From positions 3,906,001 through 3,970,000 of the forward strand of contig NW_027361798.1 of assembly GCF_039654945.1 (NCBI RefSeq): a stretch of DNA of 64,000 nt, read 5' to 3'. The stretch is from Dendrobates tinctorius (lineage: Eukaryota). Below the pieces are notes generated by a model. It made no database searches, was not told where the DNA came from, and saw only the letters and a list, made by a program, of their open reading frames with translations. This document shows positions 1-13,026 of the stretch, in pieces (position 1 is the stretch's first letter; each line of letters opens with the position of its first letter). The translations under genes were made by a program, and so were the position numbers.

Positions 1-1641
1 ACCATGACTTTGGTGACAGACCACGTGATGAGCAGCAGAAAATTCGTAAGTGCAACCATAAAAATATAATTACCGTTAGCGCGCGCTATAAAATGACTCT
101 ACAATCAGCCCCCCCCCCTTCCTGGGCATGTACTTTTATTAGCCTCATGAGGCCGTTACATTAGGATGTGACACGTGGCTTCTCACAGCCATAATTAGGG
201 GTTAGGCCACAAGCTCCTCATCCTCCTAGCCAATAAAATTAGTTTCAGGGGAGCTAATGAGACCCTGGGTATCGGCCCAATTACATATGCCACCATGGGT
301 AGAACGCACACCCCAGAAGGCCCCATGCCTAGACTACTGGTAGAAAATGTGACCTCTCAAATATGTGATTTTGACAATCTTTCCTGTCACATTGCAGTGG
401 AAGATGTGATGAAACGGTGGAGAAGCATCCGGGACCAATACCGCCAGGAACGCCAGCAGCGGTCCAGGAGTGGGGATGCTGGCCATGTAAAGCGCAAATA
501 CATCTACTATGACCGGCTGAACTTCCTCGCCCCAATTCTGGATCTGAGACCGTAAGTACATACCTCACACCACATGACACAAAAACATTACACAAATACT
601 TTACAGGGATAAAAATATTGATGTATTTTTGCCTCTGTTCTATTTCATAACAGAACTCAATCCAACCTTACGGATCGAGGAACGGCCTCAGAGGCAGAGC
701 CCATTATAGATCCTGTAGGGGATGAGGTGGCTGGCCCATCTTCTCCCCCTACAAGAAGGATGGCTGAAGAGGAGGCATCACAAGACCACACAATGGCTGG
801 CTTACACACAACACCACCAGGACGGTCTGCTGCTGCCACCTCACCCATCCTGGAAGAGCCGGGCAACTTGAGCAGCAGCCCAACTGCCCAGATCAGGCCC
901 TCCCCACAGGCTGCTCTTACATCACGGCGAACAAGAAGAAGGCGCCAGGTCACTATTCAAGAGAGCAGGACCAATGTGGACACTGGGGTGCTGAATTACT
1001 TGTCCAGAGTCACTACAGATGATGGTGAGGAGGCCTATGCACGTAGCCTCACCCTTTATCTCCGTGCCCTTACCCGTGAGGTCAGGCTCCGTATTAGGGG
1101 GTGTATTCAGATCCTGCTTGATGCAAGCACCCCCCCCCCCAATACCCCATATGAGGTGTTTGAATTTCTGGAGAGGTGGCAGCTCTCACCAAGAAATTTA
1201 ATGCGCATGAGACCATCCACACAGATGCTTGCTCAAGCAGGGTCTGAACAGCCCCTAATACGTGGGCCAACACCTCAAGCCCTTCCTCCCCCTACCCATC
1301 CTTCTATTCCGCAGCCCCAAATGTCTTCATCAAGCCAACCCCACCAATATGGCCACTTGTACCCACCCAGTGTTGGAGGCTGGTCCCAACCTGGTTGGGG
1401 ATGATCTGGCTATCTTGGTGGGTATGAGCCACGGGCCTACCAGAGCCAACAAGAAGCCCCTCACCATCATCATCATTACTCTGGCCAGTATCCCCAACAG
1501 GCCCAGGAGGCTGGACAACAACAGCATCATGGGCAACAGTATGGCCCCACACAGGGCGATGTTGGCCACAATGTCCAGCAGCACCCACAGGCTGTTCCTC
1601 CACGTTCCCCTTCCCCTACATATGAGGATTTATTATTCTAA
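1..1641 (+). pseudogene. Harbinger MADF (Myb/SANT)-BESS DNA-binding protein; spliced, 5'-partial, with one in-frame TGA at 1402-1404
   Basis: GT-AG exons <1-45, 398-551 and 654-1641 join in frame: ...EQQKI-L-EDVMKRWRSIRDQY...YIYYDRLNFLAPILDLR-P-TQSNL. A BESS-like motif is present (DDGEEAYARSLTLYLRALTREVRLRIRGCIQILL). Beyond the TGA the frame stays open to TAA at 1639-1641. Confidence 0.8.
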
Positions 1642-2556
1642 TGTTTGGAGATGTCCAGTGACATGTAACTGGTGCTCCTAATCTAGACCAAAAAAACAGG
1701 TGTTCTCCTTCACCAACATTTAGAACATAATTTAACACTCACATTTTTAAACAATGTTTTCCAAACATATGAAACAATCCATCATGACAGGCAACGCTAC
1801 CTCACGCCTTTCACACAGATATTACATGTGTGTATAAAAGAGAATATTTAAATGCGCTATACTGTTACCTGAAAAGACGAAAATACACTACTCACTTGCT
1901 AATGCCTAGGAAAGGCGTGCTTGCCTTAGTGAAGTAGTCACCTTTGTTGTTAGCAATCTCTAGTAAAACAAATCAAGGCGACCAGCATTCACAATATCAC
2001 GCTCTCTCTATGTCTTAACAAGTGAGTTTTGTATTTTCATCCTTTCCAGTATAGCATGCTTAAATATTGTCTGTTCTACAGACAGGTAATATCTGTGTGA
2101 AAGATGTGAGGTAGCCTTGCCTGTCATGGTGGAATCTTTCTATGATTGGAAAACATTATGAGGAAATGTGAGTGTTATCTTGTTGCCTTTATTTAGGTGA
2201 TGGAGCTCACCCTTTGTTGCCAAATCTAGGTTAATGTAGTCATGCAGCAATGTTGTTATTGCATAATGTTTGTTGCAGTTTTTTTCTGTAATGTTAATTT
2301 TACACCAAGTTAAAGAAGGCACAAAGGGTCATTTTGGCCATTGCCAAATCTGTGTTATGGCAAAATTATGTTTGCCTTTAAGCAAAACAAAAAAACAAAA
2401 GGCAAATCTAAAAATTTGTCTACTCTAGTTAACGTCTCTGTGTGATTTCTCACAATCCCTCACAACATACTAACAGACACCAACCAATGCAATGAAACAG
2501 TCATAGAATCATTAAGGCTTGAGTAATATATATTTAGACACACTTAAAGCAACAAA

Positions 2557-4074
2557 TTATAACATAGACACAGCATGCTCTTGCCAAGAAGTTGCCCCCT
2601 CAGGTGAGATAAAGTAATTTGTGAAAATATTACGCACTTTGAGGCCAGAGAGCGGTCTACGTTGAGGGTTGATAGGTGGTCTCACCCTGCGCACATTGTC
2701 CGGCCTACGCACAACACCAGCAGAGGAGGAACTATCATGTATCCTGGTGAAGTTATGAAGAACCACACAGGCTTTCACAACTTCATTCACATTTTGCTCA
2801 CTCAACTGAATGGCAGACTGGAGGACCCGCCATTTGGCACAAAGAATGCCAAAGGAATACTCCACCAGTCGCCTAGCACGTGATAGGCGCAAGTTAAAAA
2901 TTCTGCGCCTGTGGTCAAGGTTGTGCCGGGGATATGGCCTCATGACATTGCGTGATAACTGAAAGGCCTCATCTGCCACAAGGACATAAGGGACTGATTG
3001 TTCGGGGGAGCCTGGTAGCTGGCGTGGTGGTGGTAGATCCAACTGGTTGGTGCGTAGCCGCCGACCCATTATGGAAGTATTGAAGACTCTAGAGTCTCCC
3101 GTCCTTCCATAGGCCCCAATGTCAACAACTATAAACTTGTATTGAGGGTCTACCAGAGCCAACAATACAACAGAAAAGTATTGTTTATAATTGAAGAATT
3201 GGGAGCCAGAGTTCGGCGGCTTGCGCACCCTGATATGTTTGCCATCCAGGGCCCCAATACAATTTGGAAACTCGCAGTCCTCCTCAAAGTCCCTTGAAAT
3301 CCTTAACCAGTCTTCCATCCTGGGCTCGGGCATGACCACCTGATGGAGTCTTGTCCAGATTTCTGCACATGTAGACCTCACTATGCCTGAAATGGTTGAC
3401 TTTCCAATGAGAAACTCATGGTGGAGGGCGACATAAGACAGGCCAGTGGACAGGAAGCTGAAGAACAACAGAAATAGTTTAGTTTAGAATGGCTAAAGTA
3501 AAAAAAAATCAGTTACATGCCGACCAAACTTGGTAGGAAATGAGAGAGAACAACACACACATATTTGGTGGCACAATGACTAAGTGATATGCAGGACATA
3601 TTAGATGTAACATTCTGGTGTGTCAGGTGAAACATATTTTGAGTAAGATGAGGGTATGAAACTTTGTCCAAGAAGGCCAAAAAACATAAATTAACACACA
3701 CACATTATGAACATAGAGAATGTGGTTGTGTAGCACATACCGTATTGTGAGTAGAAGTCGCTCCTCTGCAGATATGGCTTTGCGCATCCTTGTGTCCTGG
3801 TAGGTGATCCCAGGGCGCACTGTCTCCAAGAGTCGATCAAATGTAGAAATGCTCATTCGACAGTACTGGTAAAATTTCTCCGGATGCTCCCGCAGGGAAG
3901 AATAGAGGCGGTGAAAATGACCTCTTGTGAGTCGTTGCCTCAAAGTGGATGTACCCACATGAGTCTCCTCCTCCGCGGATCCACTATCACAGGATATGGT
4001 TGGCCAAAGCGCCGTGACAAAAGCCGGGTAAAGAGAACCTGCTCAGTTGTATTGAATGTCAGACCCTCTGCCAT
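2557..4074 (-). pseudogene. Harbinger DDE transposase (HARBI1-like), two exons, one frameshift
   Basis: Exons 4074-3741 and 3457-2557 join as LLLTIR/FLSTG. Motifs: GALDGKH, NYK, LVADEAF, LSRARRLVEYSFG. An apparent 1-bp loss near 3943 (WVHPL* then RQRL) breaks exon 1. Confidence 0.88.
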
Positions 4075-4400
4075 GCTGCACAAAGAACACCAACACACCT
4101 CGTGAAAGCAAGGTGACAAATGGACAGAATGTAGGCAGCCACCTGTTCCTGAGTGTCTAAATAGGGTGCAGGCTAATGATTTAAATTGTTTGCAGGCCTC
4201 AAAACCGCTAAATGTCCATTTTGCAAGGCTGCGAGAAAATCTCGCCATACGGATTGCATACGGAGACACACATGCGCAAAATACGCGACCTCACCTTGCT
4301 TACGGATGACCTACGGAGCACTATTTAGTGGTGATTCATCCGTATTACGCATGTAAAATACGGAGCGTATTTTGCGCAGGTTAGTGTGACTCCGGCCTTA

Positions 4401-4862
4401 TTATTATTCCCACTTTGCTAGAAGGCACTAAAAAAGGATTATACCCACAGTGCCAAGTACTAATAGCAGATTATACCCACTGTCTCAAGCACTGATCCCA
4501 GACGATTACATTCACTGTGCCAGACACTAACAGAGGATTATACCCTCTGTGCCAATCACTAATACCAGAGGATTATACTCACTATGCCAAGAACTAATAG
4601 GGGATTATACCCACTGTGCCAAGCACTAATAGAGGATTATACCCACTGTGCCAGGAACTAATAGTTGATTATACCCACTGTGCCAAGCACTAATACCAGA
4701 GGATTATACCCACTGTGCCAAGCACTAATACCAGAGGATTATACTCACTATGCCAAGAACTAATAGGGGATTATACCCACTGTGCCAAGCACTAATAGAG
4801 GATTATACCCACTGTGCCAGGCACTAATAGAGGATTATACCCACTATGCCAGGCACTAATAG
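4401..4862 (+). repeat. 32-bp satellite (GATTATACCCACTGTGCCAAGCACTAATAGAG)
   Basis: Direct tandem copies, degenerate at the left end. Confidence 0.95.
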
Positions 4863-5018
4863 CTCTCCGGTCAGGTGGAGGCGTCTGACTGATGATGATC
4901 TCCCAGAGATTGAATTATTTCCAGGCCGGAATCTCACATTGTCAGTAATTTCTCGTTCCTCCAGCGGCGCTGACAGGACGAGGTTTGCGGAATTTTCTTG
5001 TTAGCATAATACAGAGAA

Positions 5019-5168
5019 GCGGGAAATTCAAATCACCAACTGTCCTGTGCTCAGCCAATCAGCGAGAAAGGGGAGGGGCTGAAAATGCCAATTCAGGACA
5101 ACAAACATCTCCGGTACGCGTCATCACTGTGCAGTTCTCACTCCGGTCCGCCTAGCCTCCATATAAAG
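5019..5168 (+). promoter_or_regulatory. Histone H4 promoter
   Basis: GCGGGAAATTCAAA (E2F plus CHR-like) at 5019, CCAAT near 5056, H4-type TCTCACTCCGGTCCG element near 5136-5150, TATAAA at 5162. Confidence 0.8.
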
Positions 5169-5213
5169 CAGGACTCAGCGCTGACCCCGCACGGTCGTCT
5201 GAAGATTTCCTGA

Positions 5214-5528
<315 letters not shown>

Positions 5529-5560
5529 TTGTATTCTCGTCTCTGTCCTGACAACCCAAA

Positions 5561-5600
5561 GGCTCTTCTCAGAGCCGCCCACATCTCACGTGAGAGGCTG
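5561..5600 (+). terminator. Histone 3' stem-loop and HDE (H4)
   Basis: GGCTCTTCTCAGAGCC at 5561-5576; purine-rich GAGAGGCTG downstream. Confidence 0.93.
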
Positions 5601-6322
5601 CAATTCCCGCTGGGGTCTAGCGGTCGCTGCTGGTGTGATCGCCGGGACCGGCTTGTGACGTTGCGCATTGGGGGAGACGTTCTCTCTTCTGGAGCTGATC
5701 CAGTGAGTAGTCTCAGTGTGAGGTGGGGCACAGATGATCCGGGTGTATGGAGGAATCGATCGGCCGCACAGTCACCTCCTATGATGCTGCAGTTACTACA
5801 GAGCAGAAATCCGAGTGCTGGTAATAAATGTGGTTGTGCCACGTCTCCTGCTGCTGAGATCCTGTGGGTTGTAGGATGGCTGCGAGGAGTGGAATGCGGC
5901 TGCACTGATGAATGGACGCCGGTGTGAACGCTCCTGAGCAGCGGCTCAGGATTGGGGTATCAACAGGATACCTACATGCGATGAGAGGGGCTGTCTGTGT
6001 TTCTGCGCCACCACATGGGCAGGGAGGGACGGTGCAGGAATACAGGGTCGCTCTGCCTGTGATCAGGAGAACATCTGCCCACATCACACTTTGCGCCAAT
6101 CACCGGATCTAAATCCCGGAGCAAATTATCATATACAGGAATATACCCACTGTGCCAACTGCTAATAGCAGGAATTATATCCACTGAGTCACCCACTAGA
6201 GAGATATATAGAGGATTATACCCACTGCTCTGTCACCAGGTCCCAACTCTACAGTAACGTCATCCGAGATGTGTGGAAAGGAATCAATGACCCCCAACTA
6301 TGGAACCACAGCTCTGCCCCTA

Positions 6323-7182
6323 GTGCCGGCGCCTCCAACAGAGACCAGGAGGAGGTCGCTGCTCTCTATGGAGCTGCCCCGGGCTCAGTGGGTCCCTGTG
6401 ATCTCGGGACTCGATGTCGCAGCCCGGGCGGCTCTCTTCCTCCGGACACACTGCGGTCCTGGCTGCGGCCTCCTCTCTCGGTGCTGCCCCTGTCTTCAGC
6501 CCCTGGAGCTCGCACCGCTGTTTGCACTTTCTGATCTATTCTGGGGTTGAGCCTTGTAACAGGGTGTATGGGCGCTATATCCGGACACAGACCCCTCTGT
6601 GCACAGTACAGAGCTCGGAGTGCTGCTGTGAGATGAAGGGAAGGTAACGGCGGCGGCCGATCAGGGGAGCGATCAGCAGCTCCGGGGAGCAGGACTCTGT
6701 GCTCTGCGGGTGCAGCTGCCCCAGACCGGACGGCTCACGTCACAGCGATCTCCGCTACTAAGCAGAGGGGAATAATCCGAAGGACAGGAAAGGGATTGAG
6801 CGGGAAATTCAAAACCATCAACGGGTCTGTGATCAGCCAATGAGAGAAGTCCGCAGGCGCCGACCAATCCCAGAGCCGGGTATGGACTCCTCCGGTTAAC
6901 TCCTTAGTGACCGTGCGCTGCTCATTTCCCCCTTCTCTGCTCTCCCCTCGGATCCCGGGAGATGCTGCTCGCGCTTCCTGGTCTGTTCTGCGGCCGGTGC
7001 TGCACAGAACCCCAGGGTGAAGAGACGCAGACATCGCCTTGTAATGGCCGCGCCCTGTGCTTCTGGTAACCAAGCAAGGCCGGGATTACCGGCTCTGTAG
7101 TGGGATCGGCGCCAACAGAGGATCCGGCTCGGTGATTGTACAGAGACTGCAGGGAGGGAAGCAGGAACAGAACCGCTGGATC
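6323..7182 (+). repeat. Orphan copy of the CpG-rich H2B-H3 intergenic spacer
   Basis: Near-identical to about 34227-34838 and 34855-34880, but flanked by satellite rather than histone genes. Confidence 0.85.
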
Positions 7183-10100
7183 ATACCCACTGTGCCAAGC
7201 ACTAATAGGGAATTATACCCACTGTGCCAAGCACTAATAGGGAATTATACCCACTGTGCCTAGCACTAATAGGGAATTATACCCACTGTGCCAAGCACTA
7301 ATAGGGAATTATACCCACTGTGCCTAGCACTAATAGGGAATTATACCCACTGTGCCAAGCACTAATAGGGAATTATACCCACTGTGCCTAGCACTAATAG
7401 GGAATTATACCCACTGTGCCTAGCACTAATAGGGAATTATACCCACTGTGCCAAGCACTAATAGGGAATTATACCCACTGTGCCAAGCACTAATAGGGAA
7501 TTATACCCACTGTGCCAAGCACTAATAGGGAATTATACCCACTGTGCCAAGCACTAATAGGGAACTATACCCACTGTGCCTAGCACTAATAGGGAATTAT
7601 ACCCACTGTGCCAAGCACTAATAGGGAACTATACCCACTGTGCCTAGCACTAATAGGGGATTATACCCACTGTGCCAAGCACTAATAGGGGATTATACCC
7701 ACTGTGCCAAGCACTAATAGGGAATTATACCCACTGTGCCAAGCACTAATAGGGAATTATACCCACTGTGCCAAGCACTAATAGGGAATTATACCCACTG
7801 TGCCAAGCACTAATAGGGAACTATACCCACTGTGCCTAGCACTAATAGGGAATTATACCCACTGTGCCAAGCACTAATAGGGAATTATACCCACTGTGCC
7901 AAGCACTAATAGGGAATTATACCCACTGTGCCTAGCACTAATAGGGAATTATACCCACTGTGCCAAGCACTAATAGGGAATTATACCCACTGTGCCTAGC
8001 ACTAATAGGGAATTATACCCACTGTGCCTAGCACTAATAGGGAATTATACCCACTGTGCCAAGCACTAATAGGGAATTATACCCACTGTGCCAATCACTA
8101 ATAGAGGATTATACCCACTGTGCCAAGCACTAATAGGGAATTATACCCACTGTGCCAAGCACTAATAGAGGATTATACCCACTGTGCCAAGCACTAATAG
8201 AGGATTATACCCACTGTGCCAAGCACTAATAGAGGATCATACCCACTGTGCCAAGCACTAATAGAGGATCATACCCACTGTGCCAAGCACTAATAGGGAA
8301 TTATACCCACTGTGCCAAGCACTAATAGGGAATTATACCCACTGTGCCTAGCACTAATAGGGAATTATACCCACTGTGCCTAGCACTAATAGGGAATTAT
8401 ACCCACCGTGCCAAGCACTAATAGGGAATTATACCCACTGTGCCAAGCACTAATAGAGGATTATACCCACTGTGCCAAGCACTAATAGAGGATTATACCC
8501 ACTGTGCCAAGCACTAATAGAGGATCATACCCACTGTGCCAAGCACTAATAGGGAATTATACCCACTGTGCCAAGCACTAATAGGGGATTATACCCACTG
8601 TGCCTAGCACTAATAGGGAATTATACCCACTGTGCCAAGCACTAATAGGGAATTATACCCACTGTGCCTAGCACTAATAGGGAATTATACCCACTGTGCC
8701 TAGCACTAATAGGGAATTATACCCACTGTGCCAAGCACTAATAGGGAATTATACCCACTGTGCCAAGCACTAATAGAGGATTATACCCACTGTGCCAAGC
8801 ACTAATAGAGGATTATACCCACTGTGCCAAGCACTAATAGAGGATCATACCCACTGTGCCAAGCACTAATAGGGAATTATACCCACTGTGCCAAGCACTA
8901 ATAGGGGATTATACCCACTGTGCCTAGCACTAATAGGGGATTATACCCACTGTGCCAAGCACTAATAGGGGATTATACCCACTGTGCCAAGCACTAATAG
9001 AGGATTATACCCACTGTGCCAAGCACTAATAGGGGATTATACCCACTGTGCCAAGCACTAATAGAGGATTATACCCACTGTGCCAAGCACTAATAGGGAA
9101 TTATACCCACTGTGCCTAGCACTAATAGGGAATTATACCCACTGTGCCTAGCACTAATAGGGAATTATACCCACTGTGCCAAGCACTAATAGGGAATTAT
9201 ACCCACTGTGCCAAGCACTAATAGAGGATTATACCCACTGTGCCAAACACTAATAGAGGATTGTGCCAGGCACTAACAGAGGATTATACCCACTATATCA
9301 TGCACTAATAGAGGATTTTACCCACTGTGCCAATCACTAATACCAGAGGATTAATTTCACTGTGCCAAGCACTAATACCAGAGGATTTTACTCACTGTTC
9401 AAAGCAGTAATAGAGGATTATACCCACTATGCCAATTACTAATAGAGCATTATATTCACTGTGCCAGGCAATAATAGGGGAATATACCCACTGTGCCAAG
9501 GACTAATACCAGAGGATAGTACCCACTGTGAAAAAGCACTAATACAGGATTATACCCACTGTGCCAAGTACTAATAGCAGATTATACCCACTGTCTCAAG
9601 CACTGATTCCAGACGATTACATTCACTGTTCCAAGCACTACCAGAGGATTATACCCTCTGTGCCAAGCACTAATAGAGGATTTTACCCACTGTGTCAGGT
9701 ACTAATAGAGACTTATACCCATTGTGCCAAGCACTAACAGCAGATGATTTTCCCACTGTGCCAAGCACTAGTAGAGGATTTTACCCACTATGCCATGCAC
9801 TAATAGAGCATTATATTCACTATTCCAGGCACCAATAGAGGATTATATACACTGTCTCAAGCACTAATACAGGATTCTGCCCACTGTGCCTAGCACTAAA
9901 AGAGGATTATACCCATTGTGTCATGCACTAAAAGAGGATTATACCCACTGTGCCAAGCACTAATAGAGGATTATACCCACTGTACAAAGCACTAATAGAG
10001 GATTATATCCATTGATCGAAGCAGTAATAGAGGATTTTTACCCACTGTGCCAAGCACTAACAGGGAATTATACCCACTGTGCCAAGCACTAATAGAGGAT

Positions 10101-13026
10101 TATATTCACTGTGCCAGGCACTAACAGAGGATTATACCCCCTGTGCCAAGCACTATTACCAGAGGATTTTACTCACTGTGACGAACAATAATAGAGGATT
10201 ATACCCCCTGTGCCAAGCACTAACAGCAGATTATTTTACCCACTGTTCCAGGCACTAATACCAGAGGATTATATTCACTGTGCCAAGCACTAATTCCAGA
10301 GGATTTTACCCACTGTGCAAAGTACTAATGGCAGATTATAACCACTGTCTCAAGCACTAATACCAGAGGATTTTATTCACTGTTCCAAGCACTAATAGAT
10401 GATTATACCCACTATGCCAAGAACTAATAGAGCAATATATTCACTGTGCCAGGCAATAATAGGGGATTACACCCACTGTGTCAAGCACTAATTCCAGAGG
10501 ATTATATTCACTGTGCCAAGGACTAATACCAGAGGATAGTACCCACTGTGCCAAGCACTAATTCAGGGTTATATTCACTGTGCCAAGAAATAATAGAGTA
10601 TTTTACCCACTGTGCTAGGAGGCACCAATAGAGGATTATACCTACTGTGAAAAGTACTAATAGCAGATTATACCCACTGTCTCAAGCATTAATAGAAGAT
10701 TATACCCACTGTGCCAAGCACTAATACCAGAGGATTATGCCCATTGTGCGAGGCACTAATAGAGGATTATACCCACTGTGCCAAGTACTAACAGCAGATT
10801 ATACCCACTGTCTCCAGATGCAGGATTATACCCACTGTGCCAATCACTGATAGAGGATTATACCCACTGTGCCATGCACTAATAGAGATATATGCCCACT
10901 GTGTCAAGCACTAATAGAGGATTATACCCATTGAGCCAAGCAGTAATAGCAGAGGATTTTTACCCACTGTGCCAAACACTAATAGAGGATTTTATGCCCA
11001 CTTTGCCAAGCACTAAAAGAGGATTATACCCATTGTGCCAAGAACTAACAGAAGATGATTTTACACACTGTGCCAAGCAAGGAGATAGCAGAAGAAATTT
11101 TTGAACCCCTCTCCATAATCTTTGAAAATTCTTGGAGAACAGGAGAAGTGCCAGAAGACTGGAGAAGAGCAAATGTTGTTCCTATCTTCAAAAAGGGGAA
11201 GAAGGTGGACCCAGGCAACTATAGGCCGGTGAGTCTGACTTCTATACCAGGAAAGATCTTTGAACAAATTATTAAACAACATGTATGTCAATACCTGGAT
11301 AAGAATGAAGTGATTAAACAGAGTCAGCATGGGTTTGTAACTAATAAGTCATGTCAGACTAACTTAATTTCCTTCTATGACGGTATCACTGATTGGGTGG
11401 ATCAAGGAAATGCTGTAGATATAGTATATCTTGACTTCAGCAAAGCATTTGACAAAGTCTCTCATACAATCCTTATTGAAAAAATGACTAAGTATGGAAT
11501 GGACAAGGCAACTGTTAGGTGGATTCATAACTGGCTTAGTGATCGGACCCAAAGAGTGGTCGTAAATGGCTGCACATCCAGTTGGAAGAATGTCTCAAGT
11601 GGGGTACCACAGGGCTCTGTCCTGGGCCCTGTATTGTTCAACATCTTTATCAACGATTTAGATGAAGGAATTGAGGGTAAACTGATTAAATTTGCTGATG
11701 ACACAAAGCTAGGAGGGATAGCTAATACTAGAGAAGAGAGAGAGAGGATTCAAAAAGATATAAATAAACTGGAGCAGTGGGCAGCAACTAACAGAATGGT
11801 TTTTAACAGGGAGAAATGCAAAGTACTACATCTGGGCAATAAAAACGAAAAAAGCATATATAGAATGGGAGGAATAGGGCTAAGTGACAGCACATGTGAA
11901 AAAGACTTGGGTATACTAATAGATCACAGACTGAATATGAGTCAACAGTGTGATGCAGCAGCAAAAAAGGCAAATGCAATTCTAGGATGTATTAACAGAA
12001 GCATACAGTCTAGATCACGTGAAGTCATTATTTCCCTCTACTCCTCTTTGGTCAGACCTCATCTGGAATATTGTGTCCAGTTTTGGGCACCACATTTCAA
12101 AAAAGACATCAACAAACTGGAGCAAATTCAGAAAAGAGCGACCAGAATGGTGACCGGTCTGCAAACCCTGTCTTATGAGGAAAGGTTGCAGGATTTGGGA
12201 ATGTTTAGTTTGCAAAAGAGAAGACTGAGAGGAGACTTAATAGCTGTCTACAAATATCTAAAGGGCTGTCACATTGTAGAAGGATCAACTTTATTCTCAT
12301 TTGCACAAGGAAAGACTAGAAGCAATGGGATGAAACTGAATGGGAGGAGACACAGATTAGATATTAGAAAAAACTTTTTGACAGTTAGAGTGATCAATGA
12401 GTGGAACAGGCTGCCACGAGAAGTGGTGAGTTCTCCTTCAATGGAAGTCTTCAAACAGAGGCTGGACAGACATCTGACTGGGATGATTTAGCGAATCCTG
12501 CTTTGAGCAGGGGGTTGGACCAGATGGCCCAGGAGGTCCCTTCCAACTCTACGATTCTATGATTCTATGATTCTAATACCAGAGGATTTTACCCACTGTG
12601 CAAAGTACTAATGGCAGATTATAACCACTGTCTCAAGCACTAATACCAGAGGATTTTACTCACTATTCCAAGCACTAATAGATGATTATACCCACTATGC
12701 TAAGAGCTAATAGAGCATTATATTCACTGTGCCAGGCACTAATAGGGGATTATACCCACTGTCTCAAGCCTTAATAGAAGATTATACCCACTGTGCCTAG
12801 CACTAATACCAGGGGATTATGCCCATTGTGCCAAGCACTAAAAGAGGATTATACCCACTGTGTCAAGTACTAATAGCAGATTATACCCACTGTCTCAAGT
12901 ACTAATACAGGATTATACCCACTGTGCCAAACACTAATAGAGGATCTTACCCACTGTGCCAAGCACTAATAGAGGATTATACCCCCTGTGCCAAACTAAC
13001 AGGAGAGGATTTTACCCACTGTGCCC
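7183..13026 (+). repeat. 32-bp satellite array interrupted by a CR1
   Basis: Period 32. Highly homogeneous over about 7183-9240, degenerate beyond. Confidence 0.97.
11080..12575 (+). mobile_element. 5'-truncated CR1 LINE (RT domain, 3' UTR, (GATTCTAT)n tail)
   Basis: ORF to 12491 with YLDFSKAFD, GVPQGSVLGP, FADD and CR1 C-terminal motifs. Inserted into satellite at AAGCA|CTAATACC with no TSD. Confidence 0.96.

Larger units (their letters stand above)
1..4397. mobile_element. PIF/Harbinger DNA transposon, right-hand part (other end lies outside the window)
   Basis: Two convergent intron-containing genes: MADF/Myb-SANT protein on + and DDE transposase on -. The end ...GTGTGACTCCGGCC (to 4397) is followed by TTA, matching Harbinger GG termini and the TWA target site. 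Confidence 0.88.

Noticed and set aside
7183-9240. CRISPR-like array with a ~32-bp period
   Set aside because: The monomers are contiguous with no unique spacers, there are no cas genes, and the context is eukaryotic.
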